A program made the translations under genes and the position numbers. The notes under the pieces were generated by a model that was given only the letters and a program-made list of their open reading frames with translations, ran no database searches and had not been told where the DNA came from. A stretch of DNA of 64,000 nucleotides from Clostridia bacterium (GTDB lineage: Bacteria > Bacillota > Clostridia > Christensenellales > QALW01), in contig JAZRTX010000023.1 in assembly GCA_045652205.1 (NCBI GenBank), positions 8,897-72,896 of the forward strand, read 5' to 3'. Below, one piece after another: positions 10,501 through 20,343 of the stretch (position 1 is its first letter; each line of letters begins with the position of its first letter).

Positions 10501-13500
10501 ATACCAACGGCTATGAAACCGTTGTAATTAAGCCACAGATGATTGGCGACCTTAAATACGTTAACAGTTCAATAAAAACTGTACGTGGAGCCCTTGAAAG
10601 CAACTGGAAAAAGTTTAGTGATGGCTCATTTGAAATGGTTGTTAATATTCCAATGGGCACAACTGCTACAATTTACGTTCCCGTTTATTCTACCGATAAT
10701 CTTAGGGTAAATGGCGTTAAATTAAGCGAGCACGAAGGCATATTAAGTTACGAAATCGTTGATGGTAACGTTAAAATTACCGCAGGCTCAGGCAACTATG
10801 AATTTGTTGTTAGTGCACTTTTTGAAGATATTTCAGATGCAAAAGCAAATCTTGAAAGCCTTGTAAATATCGCCAACAACTTTAACAAAGATAATTATGA
10901 TGAGGAAATCTGGCAAGCCTTTACAAAGGTTTTAGAAGACACTGTTGACGTATTAAATGACAAAGACACAACAAACGACCAATACGTTATTGCACAGATA
11001 AAGTTAAGTGAACAGATTAGTATTCTAAACAGAAACAAATCAGGTAATCTTGCCTTAGGTGCTACTGTTACAACAGGCGGTGAACTTGACCATCCACATT
11101 GGAACAATCCCCAAACTTTAACCGATGGTGACCTTAAAAACTATCAGGGCGACCGCAATACCGGTTGGTGTTGCACCGGTTATCAGGATGAAAAATACTT
11201 AATCATTGATTTAGGCTCTGCTTATAACGTAAATAACGTAAGACTTTATGCAACAGGCAACACAGATACCGATCCTGTTTGCAAATGGTTCCCCAAGGCT
11301 TTTGACGTTCTTGTTTCAACAAACGGTACAACCTTTAATAAGGTAGGTTCAAAATCAGGTATTCCTGCAACATTAACTGCAAAAGACGGTGTTGGCCCAT
11401 ACGTTGACGTTTATTTTGATACAACCGTAGCCCAATTTATAAAAATTGATATTACGGCATTACAGGATAAGATTGAAAACGTTTGGTATGCACAATTATC
11501 AGAAGCAGAGGTTTACTCATTAAATGAAAGTGAACTGAAATATCATAGATATAACGACGTATGCAATAACGTTAATAAGGATTTGTATCTTACAACCCCA
11601 TATAATGAGTTTATTGCTTCTGTTAAAGACGTAATATCAAAAGAATATACGTCAGAAAGCGAATACAAGAATGCAGCAGACGTTCTTGAAAACGCCTTAA
11701 ACACTTTAAACAAACACACCGTTATTAACCTTGCGTTAGGTAAAAACGTTTCAGCTTCTACAAGCCATGCCGTTGCAACCTGGTCTAACCCGCAAAAGCT
11801 TACAGACGGTGATACGGTAAACTTATCAGGCAATCAGCACACAGGCTGGTCCTGCGTTTCAAACGATGCAAACGTTTATGTTCAGATTGATTTAGGCGAT
11901 GTGTACGCTTTTAACACCGTTAACCTTTATCCAACAGGTAACACAACTACCGATCCTGTTTGTGCAAAATTCCCCAAGGGTTATGAAATTCAGATTTCTG
12001 AAAACGGCACCACCTGGAACACAGTTTACAGTGCAAGCGGTTTAGAGAAGCCACAGGCTAACAGCGATGGTACAGTTAACGCTGTAACAAATCAATTTGA
12101 GTTAGTTTCTGCCCGCTTTGTTAAGGTAGTTGTTACACAAAAGCATAGTGATAGCGGTTTGATTCAGTTTGCAGAAATTGAAGTTTATCGCGAAAACAGT
12201 TATATTCTTGATAACTTATTAAAAGAATACAACGGCTTAAATAAAAGTGATTACGATGAAACCGTTTATAATGAGTTCAACACCATTATAAATAAAATCA
12301 ACGCACAGGAATATACAAATCAAAACGATACTTTTGATGCAATCCATACACTTGATAATGCAATAATCAAATTAAATAAAAATACTACTTATAACCTTGC
12401 AGAAGATAAAGACGTTATTACTTCTTCAACCCACAGTAACGCTGCTTGGAATAACCCGCAAAAGCTTACTGACGGTGACAGAATGAATTTAAGTTCAGCT
12501 AATCAGAACACAGGTTGGTCAAGCACAAGCACAGATACCGAGCTTTACGTGGATATTGATTTAGGTGATAAATTCTTATTTAACACTGTTGACCTTTATC
12601 CTACCGGTAACGTTGGTGCAAATAAAAAATGCACGTATTTCCCCAAGGGATATATGATACAGACTTCTGATGACGGCATTAACTGGATTACGGTTTACAC
12701 TGTTGAAGGTCTTACCCAGCCTTACTCTAATGCTGACGGCAGCGTAGATGCTGTCAGAAGCCAGTTCAAATCTTCTTATGCAAGATACGTGCGAATTAAA
12801 GTAACCGAAAAGAATGAAGCATTAGTTCAGTTTGCTGAAATTGAAGTTTATAACACAATAAGCAAATTTGTTGGTGCAAACATTGAATTAGCCGAATCCT
12901 TAACAGTAAACTATTTTGTTGACAGTAAAATGCCCCTGAACGACCTTTCAGTGCGCTTTACTTCAACAAGCGGAAGAATCACAGACGTTTTCGGCACAAT
13001 AGACGAAGAAACAGGCTATTACAAGTTCTCTTACACCGGCATTAACCCACAGTGTATGAACGACTTTATAACTGCCCAGCTTATCAGCGGTGAAAACGTT
13101 ATTGCACAAAAAGATGCATACAGTGTTAATACCTACTGTGAAAATCAGATAAGCCGTTCTGCTTCTGAATTAGGACTTACAAATACACAGTACGCAAAAT
13201 TAAAAACGTTACTTGCCGATATGCTTGTTTACGGTAGTGCCGCACAAGATTATATGGATTATAAAACTGATAATCTTACAGATAATTCTCAGTGGGTACA
13301 GGAAAATAAATCAACCTTTACCGTACCTAATGGCGTTAAAGTACTTACAGGCAACAATGATTTAAACAACTGTATTAAATCAGCAAGCCTTAATATGTCA
13401 AACGTGAATAAGATATATTTCCGTCTTATTTTAACTGATGATTCTGTTAAAGTTCTTTTAAACAACGTAGAAATTGATAAGTCAACGCTTATTAAACAGG

Positions 13501-13772
13501 CAGACGGAACTTATGTTATTTATACCGACGATTTAAAGGCAACTGAATTTGATAAGGTATTTACTTTAACCCTTGTTGATGCAAACAACAACGAAATAAG
13601 CAAGATTCAGTACAATGTAAACGCTTATATTCAGGCAAAATACGGAAGTTCAACAGTAGGAAATATTGTAAAAGCACTTAACAATTACGGTGTTTCGGCA
13701 AAAGCCTATCTGAATAGCCTTTCGGATTTAAGCGGTGATTACGACCTTGAAGATGAAGACATTTTAATTTAA
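7509..13772 (+). CDS. secreted multidomain alpha-L-rhamnosidase (GH78) with three FIVAR + F5/8 type C (discoidin/CBM32-like) modules and an uncharacterised C-terminal ~300 aa
   Basis: SD AAGGAGAG and an N-terminal signal/anchor. GH78 signatures: EPLGIDTTPVFSWK, SAYRIIVA...GDLWDSGK, TDCPTWEKLGWLGD. Three discoidin-like units each end in (F)AEIEVY. Confidence 0.85.
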   Translation: MKKTLSVILAVVLLTCTISSFLMIFALKGCATDVSLNLEINDMKVNGLKEPLGIDTTPVFSWKNVSNGYNRSMSAYRIIVASTKEKAEKFEGDLWDSGKTQGSNNYDIIYNGASLSSVTDYYWRVSVYDERDVKYDSEIVHFGTGMLSKSEWTASWIGAESEKTFDFSGANWIWSEEAQKTIETCKRYFRKSFTPDSTKTVKKVFVGGTADDSIKMYFNGEQIASSSSWQGGFFTDITNKVVAGNNTFAAVVSNTFTETGSYAAFILKAQIYYTDGTKEEIVTDASWVLNDTELTDWANVSFNDSAWAKATIVGAYPIKPWNQLNIDTTILTQDESAPYLRKEFNVSKSVKNAKMLICGLGLFELKINGILPDDTVLNPANTQYDDTVNYRVFDVTSLIQSGENAIGVELGNSWYNENFEMWSIKNAPWRDNPKLLAELHIVYDDGTKEIIKTDTSWKVSLAGPTTYNSIYHGEKYDARLEIKDWDKATYDDSLWKNAVIAKTPGALKFENMEPMRKLNTFPCEITKLLDGTYIVKVPVMTTGWAKITFRNTTPGETVKIAYGETLKANGKLNYVDWGTSNTSGGPFQLFDYTFKGAQEESYEPKFTYCGYQYIEISNYSGTLTPEDVKCYLIANDVEKTGEFETDNELINTLHDNMARALINNFQGKPTDCPTWEKLGWLGDYNVIVRTAMYNYGIQAFNEKFMNDIRDSAINNKMGNISPMAGTAPGNVVVWNCAYVEAIYESWLAYGTIEIAQDHYDLMRANTLTHVDTIKKTVSSGGLSKPSWVFEHEGALNDWQGPNGPSSAPEGYGIVATATFYSVVKHLREMALALGKTDDANEYAVYLENIYNAFNETFYNEEKGYYETGYWNPEWAGTRSEYRQTSNLAAVYYGLCPEDKLESVVASIANDVISKDYHLETGHIGTRLLLPVLSEYGYEDVAYKLITQTTYPSWGFWVENGATSCWEGYSLADTRSRNHYFLGTYDQWLFENVAGIDEHTNGYETVVIKPQMIGDLKYVNSSIKTVRGALESNWKKFSDGSFEMVVNIPMGTTATIYVPVYSTDNLRVNGVKLSEHEGILSYEIVDGNVKITAGSGNYEFVVSALFEDISDAKANLESLVNIANNFNKDNYDEEIWQAFTKVLEDTVDVLNDKDTTNDQYVIAQIKLSEQISILNRNKSGNLALGATVTTGGELDHPHWNNPQTLTDGDLKNYQGDRNTGWCCTGYQDEKYLIIDLGSAYNVNNVRLYATGNTDTDPVCKWFPKAFDVLVSTNGTTFNKVGSKSGIPATLTAKDGVGPYVDVYFDTTVAQFIKIDITALQDKIENVWYAQLSEAEVYSLNESELKYHRYNDVCNNVNKDLYLTTPYNEFIASVKDVISKEYTSESEYKNAADVLENALNTLNKHTVINLALGKNVSASTSHAVATWSNPQKLTDGDTVNLSGNQHTGWSCVSNDANVYVQIDLGDVYAFNTVNLYPTGNTTTDPVCAKFPKGYEIQISENGTTWNTVYSASGLEKPQANSDGTVNAVTNQFELVSARFVKVVVTQKHSDSGLIQFAEIEVYRENSYILDNLLKEYNGLNKSDYDETVYNEFNTIINKINAQEYTNQNDTFDAIHTLDNAIIKLNKNTTYNLAEDKDVITSSTHSNAAWNNPQKLTDGDRMNLSSANQNTGWSSTSTDTELYVDIDLGDKFLFNTVDLYPTGNVGANKKCTYFPKGYMIQTSDDGINWITVYTVEGLTQPYSNADGSVDAVRSQFKSSYARYVRIKVTEKNEALVQFAEIEVYNTISKFVGANIELAESLTVNYFVDSKMPLNDLSVRFTSTSGRITDVFGTIDEETGYYKFSYTGINPQCMNDFITAQLISGENVIAQKDAYSVNTYCENQISRSASELGLTNTQYAKLKTLLADMLVYGSAAQDYMDYKTDNLTDNSQWVQENKSTFTVPNGVKVLTGNNDLNNCIKSASLNMSNVNKIYFRLILTDDSVKVLLNNVEIDKSTLIKQADGTYVIYTDDLKATEFDKVFTLTLVDANNNEISKIQYNVNAYIQAKYGSSTVGNIVKALNNYGVSAKAYLNSLSDLSGDYDLEDEDILI
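10850..12852 (+). repeat. three in-frame tandem modules (~670-680 nt each) inside the GH78 gene: helical FIVAR-like linker + discoidin domain
   Basis: Discoidin units at about 11043-11516, 11724-12189 and 12390-12852. They share NLAxxKxV...WNNPQKLTDGD...NTGW...IDLG...FNTVxLYPTGN...C.xFPKGY...FAEIEVY. Confidence 0.8.
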
Positions 13773-13775
13773 CAA

Positions 13776-13819
13776 CAAAAAAAGACTGTCTTAAAATTAA
13801 GACAGTCTTTTTATTTTTA
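13776..13819. terminator. bidirectional intrinsic terminator between the GH78 gene and upp
   Basis: AAAGACTGTCTT / AAGACAGTCTTT stem with flanking A- and T-tracts. Confidence 0.75.
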
Positions 13820-13826
13820 TAAAAAA

Positions 13827-14456
13827 TTATTTTGTACCGAATAATCTATCCCCTGCATCGCCTAAGCCGGGCAAGATATAACAATGATCGTTTAATCTTT
13901 CATCAAGGCTTGCGGTGTAAATATCAACGTCAGGATGGTCATCCTGCACCTTTTTTACGCCTTCAGGTGCTGAAACAAGGCACATAAGGCGGATATTTTT
14001 TACGCCTTTTTCTTTAAGCATTGTAATTGCATCAGAAGCTGAACCGCCGGTTGCAAGCATTGGGTCAACAACGATTGTAAGGCGTTCTTCAATATCAACG
14101 GGAAGTTTGCAATAGTAAACTACGGGAAGATGGGTTTCTGGATCGCGGTAAAGACCGATATGCCCTACCTTTGCAACGGGAATTAAAGAAAGCATACCGT
14201 CAACCATACCTAAACCTGCCCTTAAAATCGGCACGATAGCAACCTTTTTGCCATCAATGGTTTTGCCAACCATTTTGCAAAGGGGTGTATCAATAGGTTT
14301 ATCGCAAAGTGGAAAATCCCTTGTGATTTCATAGCCCATTAAGGTTGTGATTTCATTTAAAAGCTCCCTGAATTCTTTTGCGCCTGTTTGTGTTTCGCGC
14401 ATAATAGTTAATTTGTGCTGAATTAACGGATGATCTATAACGTGTAAATTACTCAT
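13827..14456 (-). CDS. upp: uracil phosphoribosyltransferase
   Basis: [20 protein letters not shown] start and a PRPP-binding loop ([11 protein letters not shown]). ATG 14454-14456 follows AAGGAGAAA. The longer track ORF (to 14486) is probably an upstream extension. Confidence 0.9.
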   Translation of the reverse strand: MSNLHVIDHPLIQHKLTIMRETQTGAKEFRELLNEITTLMGYEITRDFPLCDKPIDTPLCKMVGKTIDGKKVAIVPILRAGLGMVDGMLSLIPVAKVGHIGLYRDPETHLPVVYYCKLPVDIEERLTIVVDPMLATGGSASDAITMLKEKGVKNIRLMCLVSAPEGVKKVQDDHPDVDIYTASLDERLNDHCYILPGLGDAGDRLFGTK

Positions 14457-14525
14457 AATTTTTCTCCTTAAAATTCTTATTAACAATATTATACATTAAA
14501 TTATATTTTTTTCAAGAGTGAATTT

Positions 14526-14558
14526 AAAAAAGCCACTAAATCAGTAGTGGCTTTTATT
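14526..14558 (-). terminator. intrinsic terminator after the esterase gene
   Basis: AAGCCACTA / TAGTGGCTT stem, with a T-tract on the minus strand. Confidence 0.65.
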
Positions 14559-14561
14559 GTT

Positions 14562-15980
14562 TTAATGTATAAAGTGCATATTTTCATCCTTATGGATTTC
14601 AAATGCTGCGCAGGGAAGGTTTGTTGATGAACCTAAATTTGCTTTTTCTATAATTGCTTCGTGCTCATAAGCATAGCGAAGTGTTACAGGTTCTTTTACG
14701 CCCTTAAACACAATTGTATCACCGTTGATTTTGCCGCGTACCTTTTTGAACTTACCGTTTTCGGCTTTTGCTTCAAAGCCAACCAGTTTATCACCTGTTA
14801 AAAGCTTTAAGCCATCGCCTACGTTATCAAAATGAACGGTTACGCTATCTTCATCAAAGCGCCAGCAACAAGGAATGGGAGAAAGGTTGTATTCAGGATC
14901 ACCGATACCGTATTCGTTAGCCAATGCAGCCATTGCAAGACGTTCGCCGATAGGCTTTTTATATGGTGGATGTGCCCAGTCAGAGTTCTGAATCTGACCG
15001 CCAACGTCCAATGAAACGATCATATAGCTGTTATCTAAGATATCAAGGATATTGGTTTGTGAATAACGAACTTCTTTAACCCTTTTCCACTGTTCAATTG
15101 CAGGACCAACGTGGCTTGAAATCTGTACGAAATAGAATGGGAAATCATTTTCAAAACGTCTTCTTAATTCTTCAACGTACCATTTTAACTGATAAGGATA
15201 TCTTACGTTACCCCACTGTTCACTTTCACCCTGATAATAAAGCATACCTTTAATGGTCATCTTTTGAACAGGCGCCATCAATCCATTATAGATACCTGCA
15301 AAGGGTATTGCACGTTCCTTTGTATCATTATAGCCCAAAGGCAATTTAAGTTCAGGCATAATAAGCTCTGCCAAAGGTGAACCGCCGGAAGCAACCTGAA
15401 CAATACCGATTGGAACGCTGCCGTTTAAGGTTCTTGAAATATAGCGAGCAAAGAAAAACGCCATACAGGAAATATTACTTTTAACTTCCGGCAAGGAAGC
15501 ATCACGCCATGAGCTTATTTCAGGGCAAATCATATCAAATTGAGGCGTTAACATTTTTTCATAATTATCACGGGCATGATCACGCCTTTGTAAAACTACA
15601 CGAATATTATCTTCGGGTTTTAACGTATCAAGTTCATCATCATAAATACCTGCACCGTTTTTATTACAATATTCAAGGGTAGTTTCTGCGTTTGACTGAC
15701 CGTTAATAAGCCAGATATCACCTATTAAAACGTCTTCTAAAACGATTCTGTCTTCGCCATCAGAAACAACGAGAGTTTGTGGCATTGTATTAGCGGGCAT
15801 TGGCGGAAGATAAACTTCAAAATCCCCTTTATTATCTACGATACCATAGCTTTCGTATGGTCCGATAACAGCATAAATTACGTCGCCTTCCTTTTTACCT
15901 TTACCCCAAATGCGTACGTCACTATCCCTTTGAAGTACCATATGGTCGCTTAATGCATTTGCAAGCCTGAATTCTGACAT
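14562..15980 (-). CDS. sialate O-acetylesterase-like (SASA/DUF303, SGNH-type) carbohydrate esterase, no signal peptide
   Basis: WLINGQSNAE nucleophile motif, YYQGESE motif and family-typical length. SD AAGGAGAAC. Confidence 0.7.
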   Translation of the reverse strand: MSEFRLANALSDHMVLQRDSDVRIWGKGKKEGDVIYAVIGPYESYGIVDNKGDFEVYLPPMPANTMPQTLVVSDGEDRIVLEDVLIGDIWLINGQSNAETTLEYCNKNGAGIYDDELDTLKPEDNIRVVLQRRDHARDNYEKMLTPQFDMICPEISSWRDASLPEVKSNISCMAFFFARYISRTLNGSVPIGIVQVASGGSPLAELIMPELKLPLGYNDTKERAIPFAGIYNGLMAPVQKMTIKGMLYYQGESEQWGNVRYPYQLKWYVEELRRRFENDFPFYFVQISSHVGPAIEQWKRVKEVRYSQTNILDILDNSYMIVSLDVGGQIQNSDWAHPPYKKPIGERLAMAALANEYGIGDPEYNLSPIPCCWRFDEDSVTVHFDNVGDGLKLLTGDKLVGFEAKAENGKFKKVRGKINGDTIVFKGVKEPVTLRYAYEHEAIIEKANLGSSTNLPCAAFEIHKDENMHFIH

Positions 15981-15993
15981 TTTTTAGTTCTCC

Positions 15994-16458
15994 TTAAAAT
16001 TCTATAAGTTGTGGATATATTTTACCGCCTGAAAGCGTTAAAATGCAATAGGTTGGTTTTTTATCTTCCCTTGGTCTAAATAATGAGCCGGGGTTAATAA
16101 ACCAGATATTATCCTGAAAGGTTATATCAGGAATATGGGTATGCCCATATAAAACTATGTTTGCGCCTTCCTTTTGTGCCTTTTGTTTTAGGCGTGAAAG
16201 CGAATATTTTACGTCGTAATTATGCCCGTGAGTCATAAAAATCTTATGATTTTCAACTTCAATAACCTGTTCGTACACGTTAGCAAAATCGCAATTACCC
16301 GTAACAAAATAAAATGGACAGGATAAAGTATTTTTTAAATCTTCAATATCCCTTAACCCATCGCCTAAATGCAACACCATATCGGCATTTTGGGCAATAG
16401 GTAAAAACTCTGAAAACAGATATGAATTATGGCTATCGCTTAAAACTAAAATTTTCAT
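15994..16458 (-). CDS. YfcE/MJ0936 family metallophosphoesterase
   Basis: MKILVLSDSH, GDG, GNCD and HGH...GHTH metal-ligand motifs. 4-nt overlap with the end of rdgB. Confidence 0.8.
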   Translation of the reverse strand: MKILVLSDSHNSYLFSEFLPIAQNADMVLHLGDGLRDIEDLKNTLSCPFYFVTGNCDFANVYEQVIEVENHKIFMTHGHNYDVKYSLSRLKQKAQKEGANIVLYGHTHIPDITFQDNIWFINPGSLFRPREDKKPTYCILTLSGGKIYPQLIEF

Positions 16459-17036
16459 AAAAGCTTTGTAAGTTCCCTTAAAGCTTTACCGCGGTGGCTC
16501 ATTGAATTTTTTTGCTCAGGGCTCATCTGGGCTGAGGTCATATTATATTCAGGCACAAAGAAAAGATTATCGTAGCCAAAGCCGTTTTCGCCTTTTTCTT
16601 CAAACGTTATTTCGCCCCAGAACTTGCCTTCGGTTTCATAGCTTGTACCATCAGGCATAGTTAAGGCAATGGCGCAGGCAAAGTATGCGCGCCTGTCGGT
16701 TATGCCTTCCATATTTTTAAGTAATAAATCGCGGTTAGCCTGATCCGTTGCATTAGCATCATCACAGGAAGCGTATCTTGCAGACATAACGCCCGGTTCA
16801 CCGTTTAAGCTTAAAACACAAAGACCGCTGTCGTCAGCTAACGCAGGAAGATTCGTGATTTCAGTAATTTCCCTTGCTTTTTTTAAGGCGTTTTCTTTAA
16901 AGGTTTTACCGTCTTCAACAGTTTCGTGAGTGATATTAGCTTCTTTTAAGGTAATCATTTCATCAAAATAATCACCTAAAATCTCCTTAAACTCCCTTAC
17001 CTTATGTTCGTTATTTGTTGCAAGAATAAGTTTCAA
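16455..17036 (-). CDS. rdgB: RdgB/HAM1 non-canonical purine NTP pyrophosphatase
   Basis: MKLILATNNEHKVREFKEIL start, and FGYDNLFFVP and SHRGKA motifs. Confidence 0.9.
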   Translation of the reverse strand: MKLILATNNEHKVREFKEILGDYFDEMITLKEANITHETVEDGKTFKENALKKAREITEITNLPALADDSGLCVLSLNGEPGVMSARYASCDDANATDQANRDLLLKNMEGITDRRAYFACAIALTMPDGTSYETEGKFWGEITFEEKGENGFGYDNLFFVPEYNMTSAQMSPEQKNSMSHRGKALRELTKLL

Positions 17037-17120
17037 GCCTTTTGCCCCCTGAATTTTGTTTTCACTTATGATATTATATGATATAATTATTCTAATTTCA
17101 ATAGTTTTTTGGGTAAAAAT

Positions 17121-17837
17121 ATGAATTTTAACGTATTTAATTTAATAAAAGATATAATATTCCCCTCTTGCGTAAAATGTTTGCTGTGTTATAACGAAGA
17201 AACGGTAAAATACAGCCTTTGCCCTGATTGTTTTAAAAAGTTAAAAGTTACAAACGGGCAAAGATGTGAAATTTGTTTAGACAGGATAAATACCGAAGGT
17301 TTATGTAAAAATTGTTTAAACAAGCGCCCCTTTTACACAAAGTTATATTCCCCTTACGTTTATGATACAGCAATTAAAGAACTGATTTTAAAGTTTAAAT
17401 CAGGTAACAATCAGTTTTTAAAAGAATATTTTGCTCTTATTGCTTTAGACAGTATTCCAAGTGAAATATTAGATAAATGCACTTTAATCACTAACGTGCC
17501 TTGTTCAAGGTATAAGCTTAAAAAGCGTGGTTATGATCAGGCTCAGTTAATCGCAAAGGCAATATCTAAAAAGACCGATATTCCTTATAAGGAAGCGCTT
17601 TATAGGTTAAGCGGCGAAAAGACTGCATTATTAAACAGAAAATATAGAGAAAAAACCGTTGAAGAAAGGTATTCATTCTGCTTAAACGTTTACGGTGAAA
17701 CGGTTCTTTTAATTGACGACGTTTGCACAACGGGTACTACTTTAAGTTACTGTTCAGAGCAATTAAAGAAAGCAGGAGCAAAGGAAGTTTACTGTTTTAC
17801 TATTGCAAGAACGGATAAACTTGACATAACAAAGTAA
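17121..17837 (+). CDS. ComF family protein (zinc-ribbon + phosphoribosyltransferase fold)
   Basis: N-terminal CxxC pairs and C-terminal LLIDDVCTTGTTL PRTase motif. ATG 17121 preferred over the track's TTG 17109. Confidence 0.75.
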   Translation: MNFNVFNLIKDIIFPSCVKCLLCYNEETVKYSLCPDCFKKLKVTNGQRCEICLDRINTEGLCKNCLNKRPFYTKLYSPYVYDTAIKELILKFKSGNNQFLKEYFALIALDSIPSEILDKCTLITNVPCSRYKLKKRGYDQAQLIAKAISKKTDIPYKEALYRLSGEKTALLNRKYREKTVEERYSFCLNVYGETVLLIDDVCTTGTTLSYCSEQLKKAGAKEVYCFTIARTDKLDITK

Positions 17838-17881
17838 TTTATAATATAATATTATATTATGCTATTAGGAGTTCAATTCAG

Positions 17882-19690
17882 ATGACGTTAGATGATATTT
17901 TAATTAAAGTTGACAAGCCTGCAAGATATACAGGCGGTGAAGTTAATATGTGCTATAAGGAAAATGCGCTTATTAACTTTGTTTTTTCATATCCTGATAC
18001 TTATGAAATGGGTATGTCCCATTTAGGCGGAAAGATAATCTATCATTTATTAAATGAGCGCGAGGATACTTTCTGCCAGAGATGTTACGCACCTTGGGTT
18101 GATATGGAAAAGTTAATGCGGGAGAATAATATTCCTTTATTTACTTTGGAAAACAAGATGCCTGTTAAAGATGCTGATATCTGGGGTTTTACTCTTCAAT
18201 ACGAATTAAGCTACACCAATATTTTAAATATGCTTGATTTGGCAGGCGTTCCTTTAAAAACAAGCGATAGAAACGAAGATTTTCCTTTAATCGTTGCAGG
18301 GGGACCTTGCGCAACCCACGCACAGATGCTTGCTGATTTTGTTGATTGCTTTATTATCGGTGATGGCGAAGAATCCTTAAACGAGCTTATTGATATTTAT
18401 AAAGATTGGAAAAATTCCAAACAGAGCAAAAAAGAGCTTTTGCTTGCGTTATCTAAAAACGAAGGCTTTTTTGTGCCTTCATTATACGAGCATAAGATTA
18501 CTGACGGTAAACTTACCATTACACCTTTAGAAGATGCGCCCCAAACGGTTAAAAGGCGTGTTTGCAAGGATTTTGAAAACACCTATACCCCAACAAAGTT
18601 AATCGTTCCGTTAATTGAAGTGGTGCATGACCGCATTATGCTTGAAATCTTCCGCGGTTGCACAAGGGGTTGCAGATTCTGTCAGGCAGGATTTTTATAT
18701 CGCCCTATCCGCGAAAGATCAGTTGAAAACCTTGTAAAAATTGCCCGCGATGCTAAAAACGCTACGGGATATGATGAGATTTCATTAACATCACTTTCAA
18801 GCGGTGATTACCCTAAAATTGAAGAGCTTATGAGCAGGTTAGCCTGTGAATTCAAAGATGAGCATATGGATATTTCCTTGCCTTCATTACGAATTGATTC
18901 CTTTAATCCTGACCTTGTAAGCACGCAGATGCGTAAATCTTCACTTACCTTTGCCCCTGAAGCAGGATCACAGAGAATGAGAAACATTATAAATAAAAAC
19001 GTTTCTGAAGAAGATTTATTAAGAACTGTTCGCGGTGCTTTTAACGCAGGTTATAGGGCAATAAAGCTTTACTTTATGATAGGCTTGCCCTTTGAAACAA
19101 TGGACGATATTAAGGGCATTTACGAGCTTGCAAAAAAATGCAGTGAAGTTTATAGGGAAATTCACGGTAACACTAAAAATATGCGTATTACCGTAAGTAC
19201 TTCTGTGTTTATTCCAAAACCCTTTACCCCGTTCCAGTGGATAAATCAGGATAGTGAAGAAAGCGTTAAAGAAAAGCAGAGATACCTTTCTGACCTTATC
19301 CGCACTTTAAGAGGCGTTGAGTACAAATATCACGACAGTACGGCTTCTAAATTAGAAGTGGCTTGTGCGCGCGGCGGCAGAGAAATGTGCAACGTTTTAT
19401 ATTCTGCTTGGAAAAACGGTGCAAAAATGGATGCCTGGAACGAGCATTTTAAAATTGAAGCCTGGGAAAAGGCATTTAAAGAAAATGGGCTTTCAATGGA
19501 AGAAATGGCGCAAAGACAGTATGACATTGACGAAGTTTTACCCTGGGACACCATTGACGTTGGAGTTACCAAGGCTTATTACAAAAAAGAGTTAACAAAA
19601 GCACAGAATGAGCAGGTTACCCCTGATTGCAGAAACGGTTGCACCGGCTGCGGAATGATGGCTATTTGCAAAAAGGAGAGTGAAAAATAA
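17882..19690 (+). CDS. TIGR03960-type B12-binding-domain radical SAM protein, function unknown
   Basis: VDKPARYTGGEVN N-terminus and CTRGCRFCQAG radical SAM cluster motif, ~600 aa. Confidence 0.8.
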   Translation: MTLDDILIKVDKPARYTGGEVNMCYKENALINFVFSYPDTYEMGMSHLGGKIIYHLLNEREDTFCQRCYAPWVDMEKLMRENNIPLFTLENKMPVKDADIWGFTLQYELSYTNILNMLDLAGVPLKTSDRNEDFPLIVAGGPCATHAQMLADFVDCFIIGDGEESLNELIDIYKDWKNSKQSKKELLLALSKNEGFFVPSLYEHKITDGKLTITPLEDAPQTVKRRVCKDFENTYTPTKLIVPLIEVVHDRIMLEIFRGCTRGCRFCQAGFLYRPIRERSVENLVKIARDAKNATGYDEISLTSLSSGDYPKIEELMSRLACEFKDEHMDISLPSLRIDSFNPDLVSTQMRKSSLTFAPEAGSQRMRNIINKNVSEEDLLRTVRGAFNAGYRAIKLYFMIGLPFETMDDIKGIYELAKKCSEVYREIHGNTKNMRITVSTSVFIPKPFTPFQWINQDSEESVKEKQRYLSDLIRTLRGVEYKYHDSTASKLEVACARGGREMCNVLYSAWKNGAKMDAWNEHFKIEAWEKAFKENGLSMEEMAQRQYDIDEVLPWDTIDVGVTKAYYKKELTKAQNEQVTPDCRNGCTGCGMMAICKKESEK

Positions 19691-20343
19691 TGCGACTTTT
19701 AATGCGTTTTGAAAAGGGCGAAGAAGTTAAATATATTTCACACCTTGATATGCAAAGACTTTTTCAGCGTGCATTAAGAAGGGCGGATTTACCTTGTGAA
19801 TATTCAAAAGGCTTTAACCCCCACTTAATAATCGGTTTTGCCTGTGCGCTTCCTGTTGGCGTTTGTTCAACGGCTGAATACGTTGAAGTTCAGTTAACTA
19901 AGTTTATTCACCCTTCTACTTGTGTGCAAAAGCTTAATGAAGTTTTGCCCAAGGGCGTAAAAATCGTTGATGCAGTTGAATTAGACGATAAGTATCCTAC
20001 CGTTGCAAGCGTTATTTGTTTGGCAGAATACACTTTTATTCCTGAAAACGACGGGGACTATTCTGAAATCATTGATACATTAAACAAAAAAGAAGAAATT
20101 GTTATTGAAAAGAAAACTAAAAAAGGCTTTAAGGATATTAACGTGCGCCCGATGATTCACCGCTTAAAACAGGTGAACAATGAAATTAAAGCTACACTTT
20201 CTTGCAGTAACAGTGAAAATTTAAGGGCGGACAAGTTAAAGGAAATTTTAGAAAACGAAGGTATAAAAATTAAATCTGTTTTCCGCAATACGATTTTTAT
20301 ACAAAATGAAAATAAAATTGAGGAGCCAATCCAAGTAAAATGA
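19690..20343 (+). CDS. TIGR03936/DUF2344 radical-SAM-associated protein
   Basis: YISHLDMQRLFQRALRRADLP...SKGFNPH signature. The start overlaps the upstream stop (TAATG). Confidence 0.8.
   Translation: MRLLMRFEKGEEVKYISHLDMQRLFQRALRRADLPCEYSKGFNPHLIIGFACALPVGVCSTAEYVEVQLTKFIHPSTCVQKLNEVLPKGVKIVDAVELDDKYPTVASVICLAEYTFIPENDGDYSEIIDTLNKKEEIVIEKKTKKGFKDINVRPMIHRLKQVNNEIKATLSCSNSENLRADKLKEILENEGIKIKSVFRNTIFIQNENKIEEPIQVK

Noticed and set aside
11043-12852. Repeated discoidin/lectin-like units as possible diversity-generating-retroelement targets
   Set aside because: No reverse transcriptase and no template/variable repeat pair with adenine-specific differences. The units are diverged protein-domain repeats.
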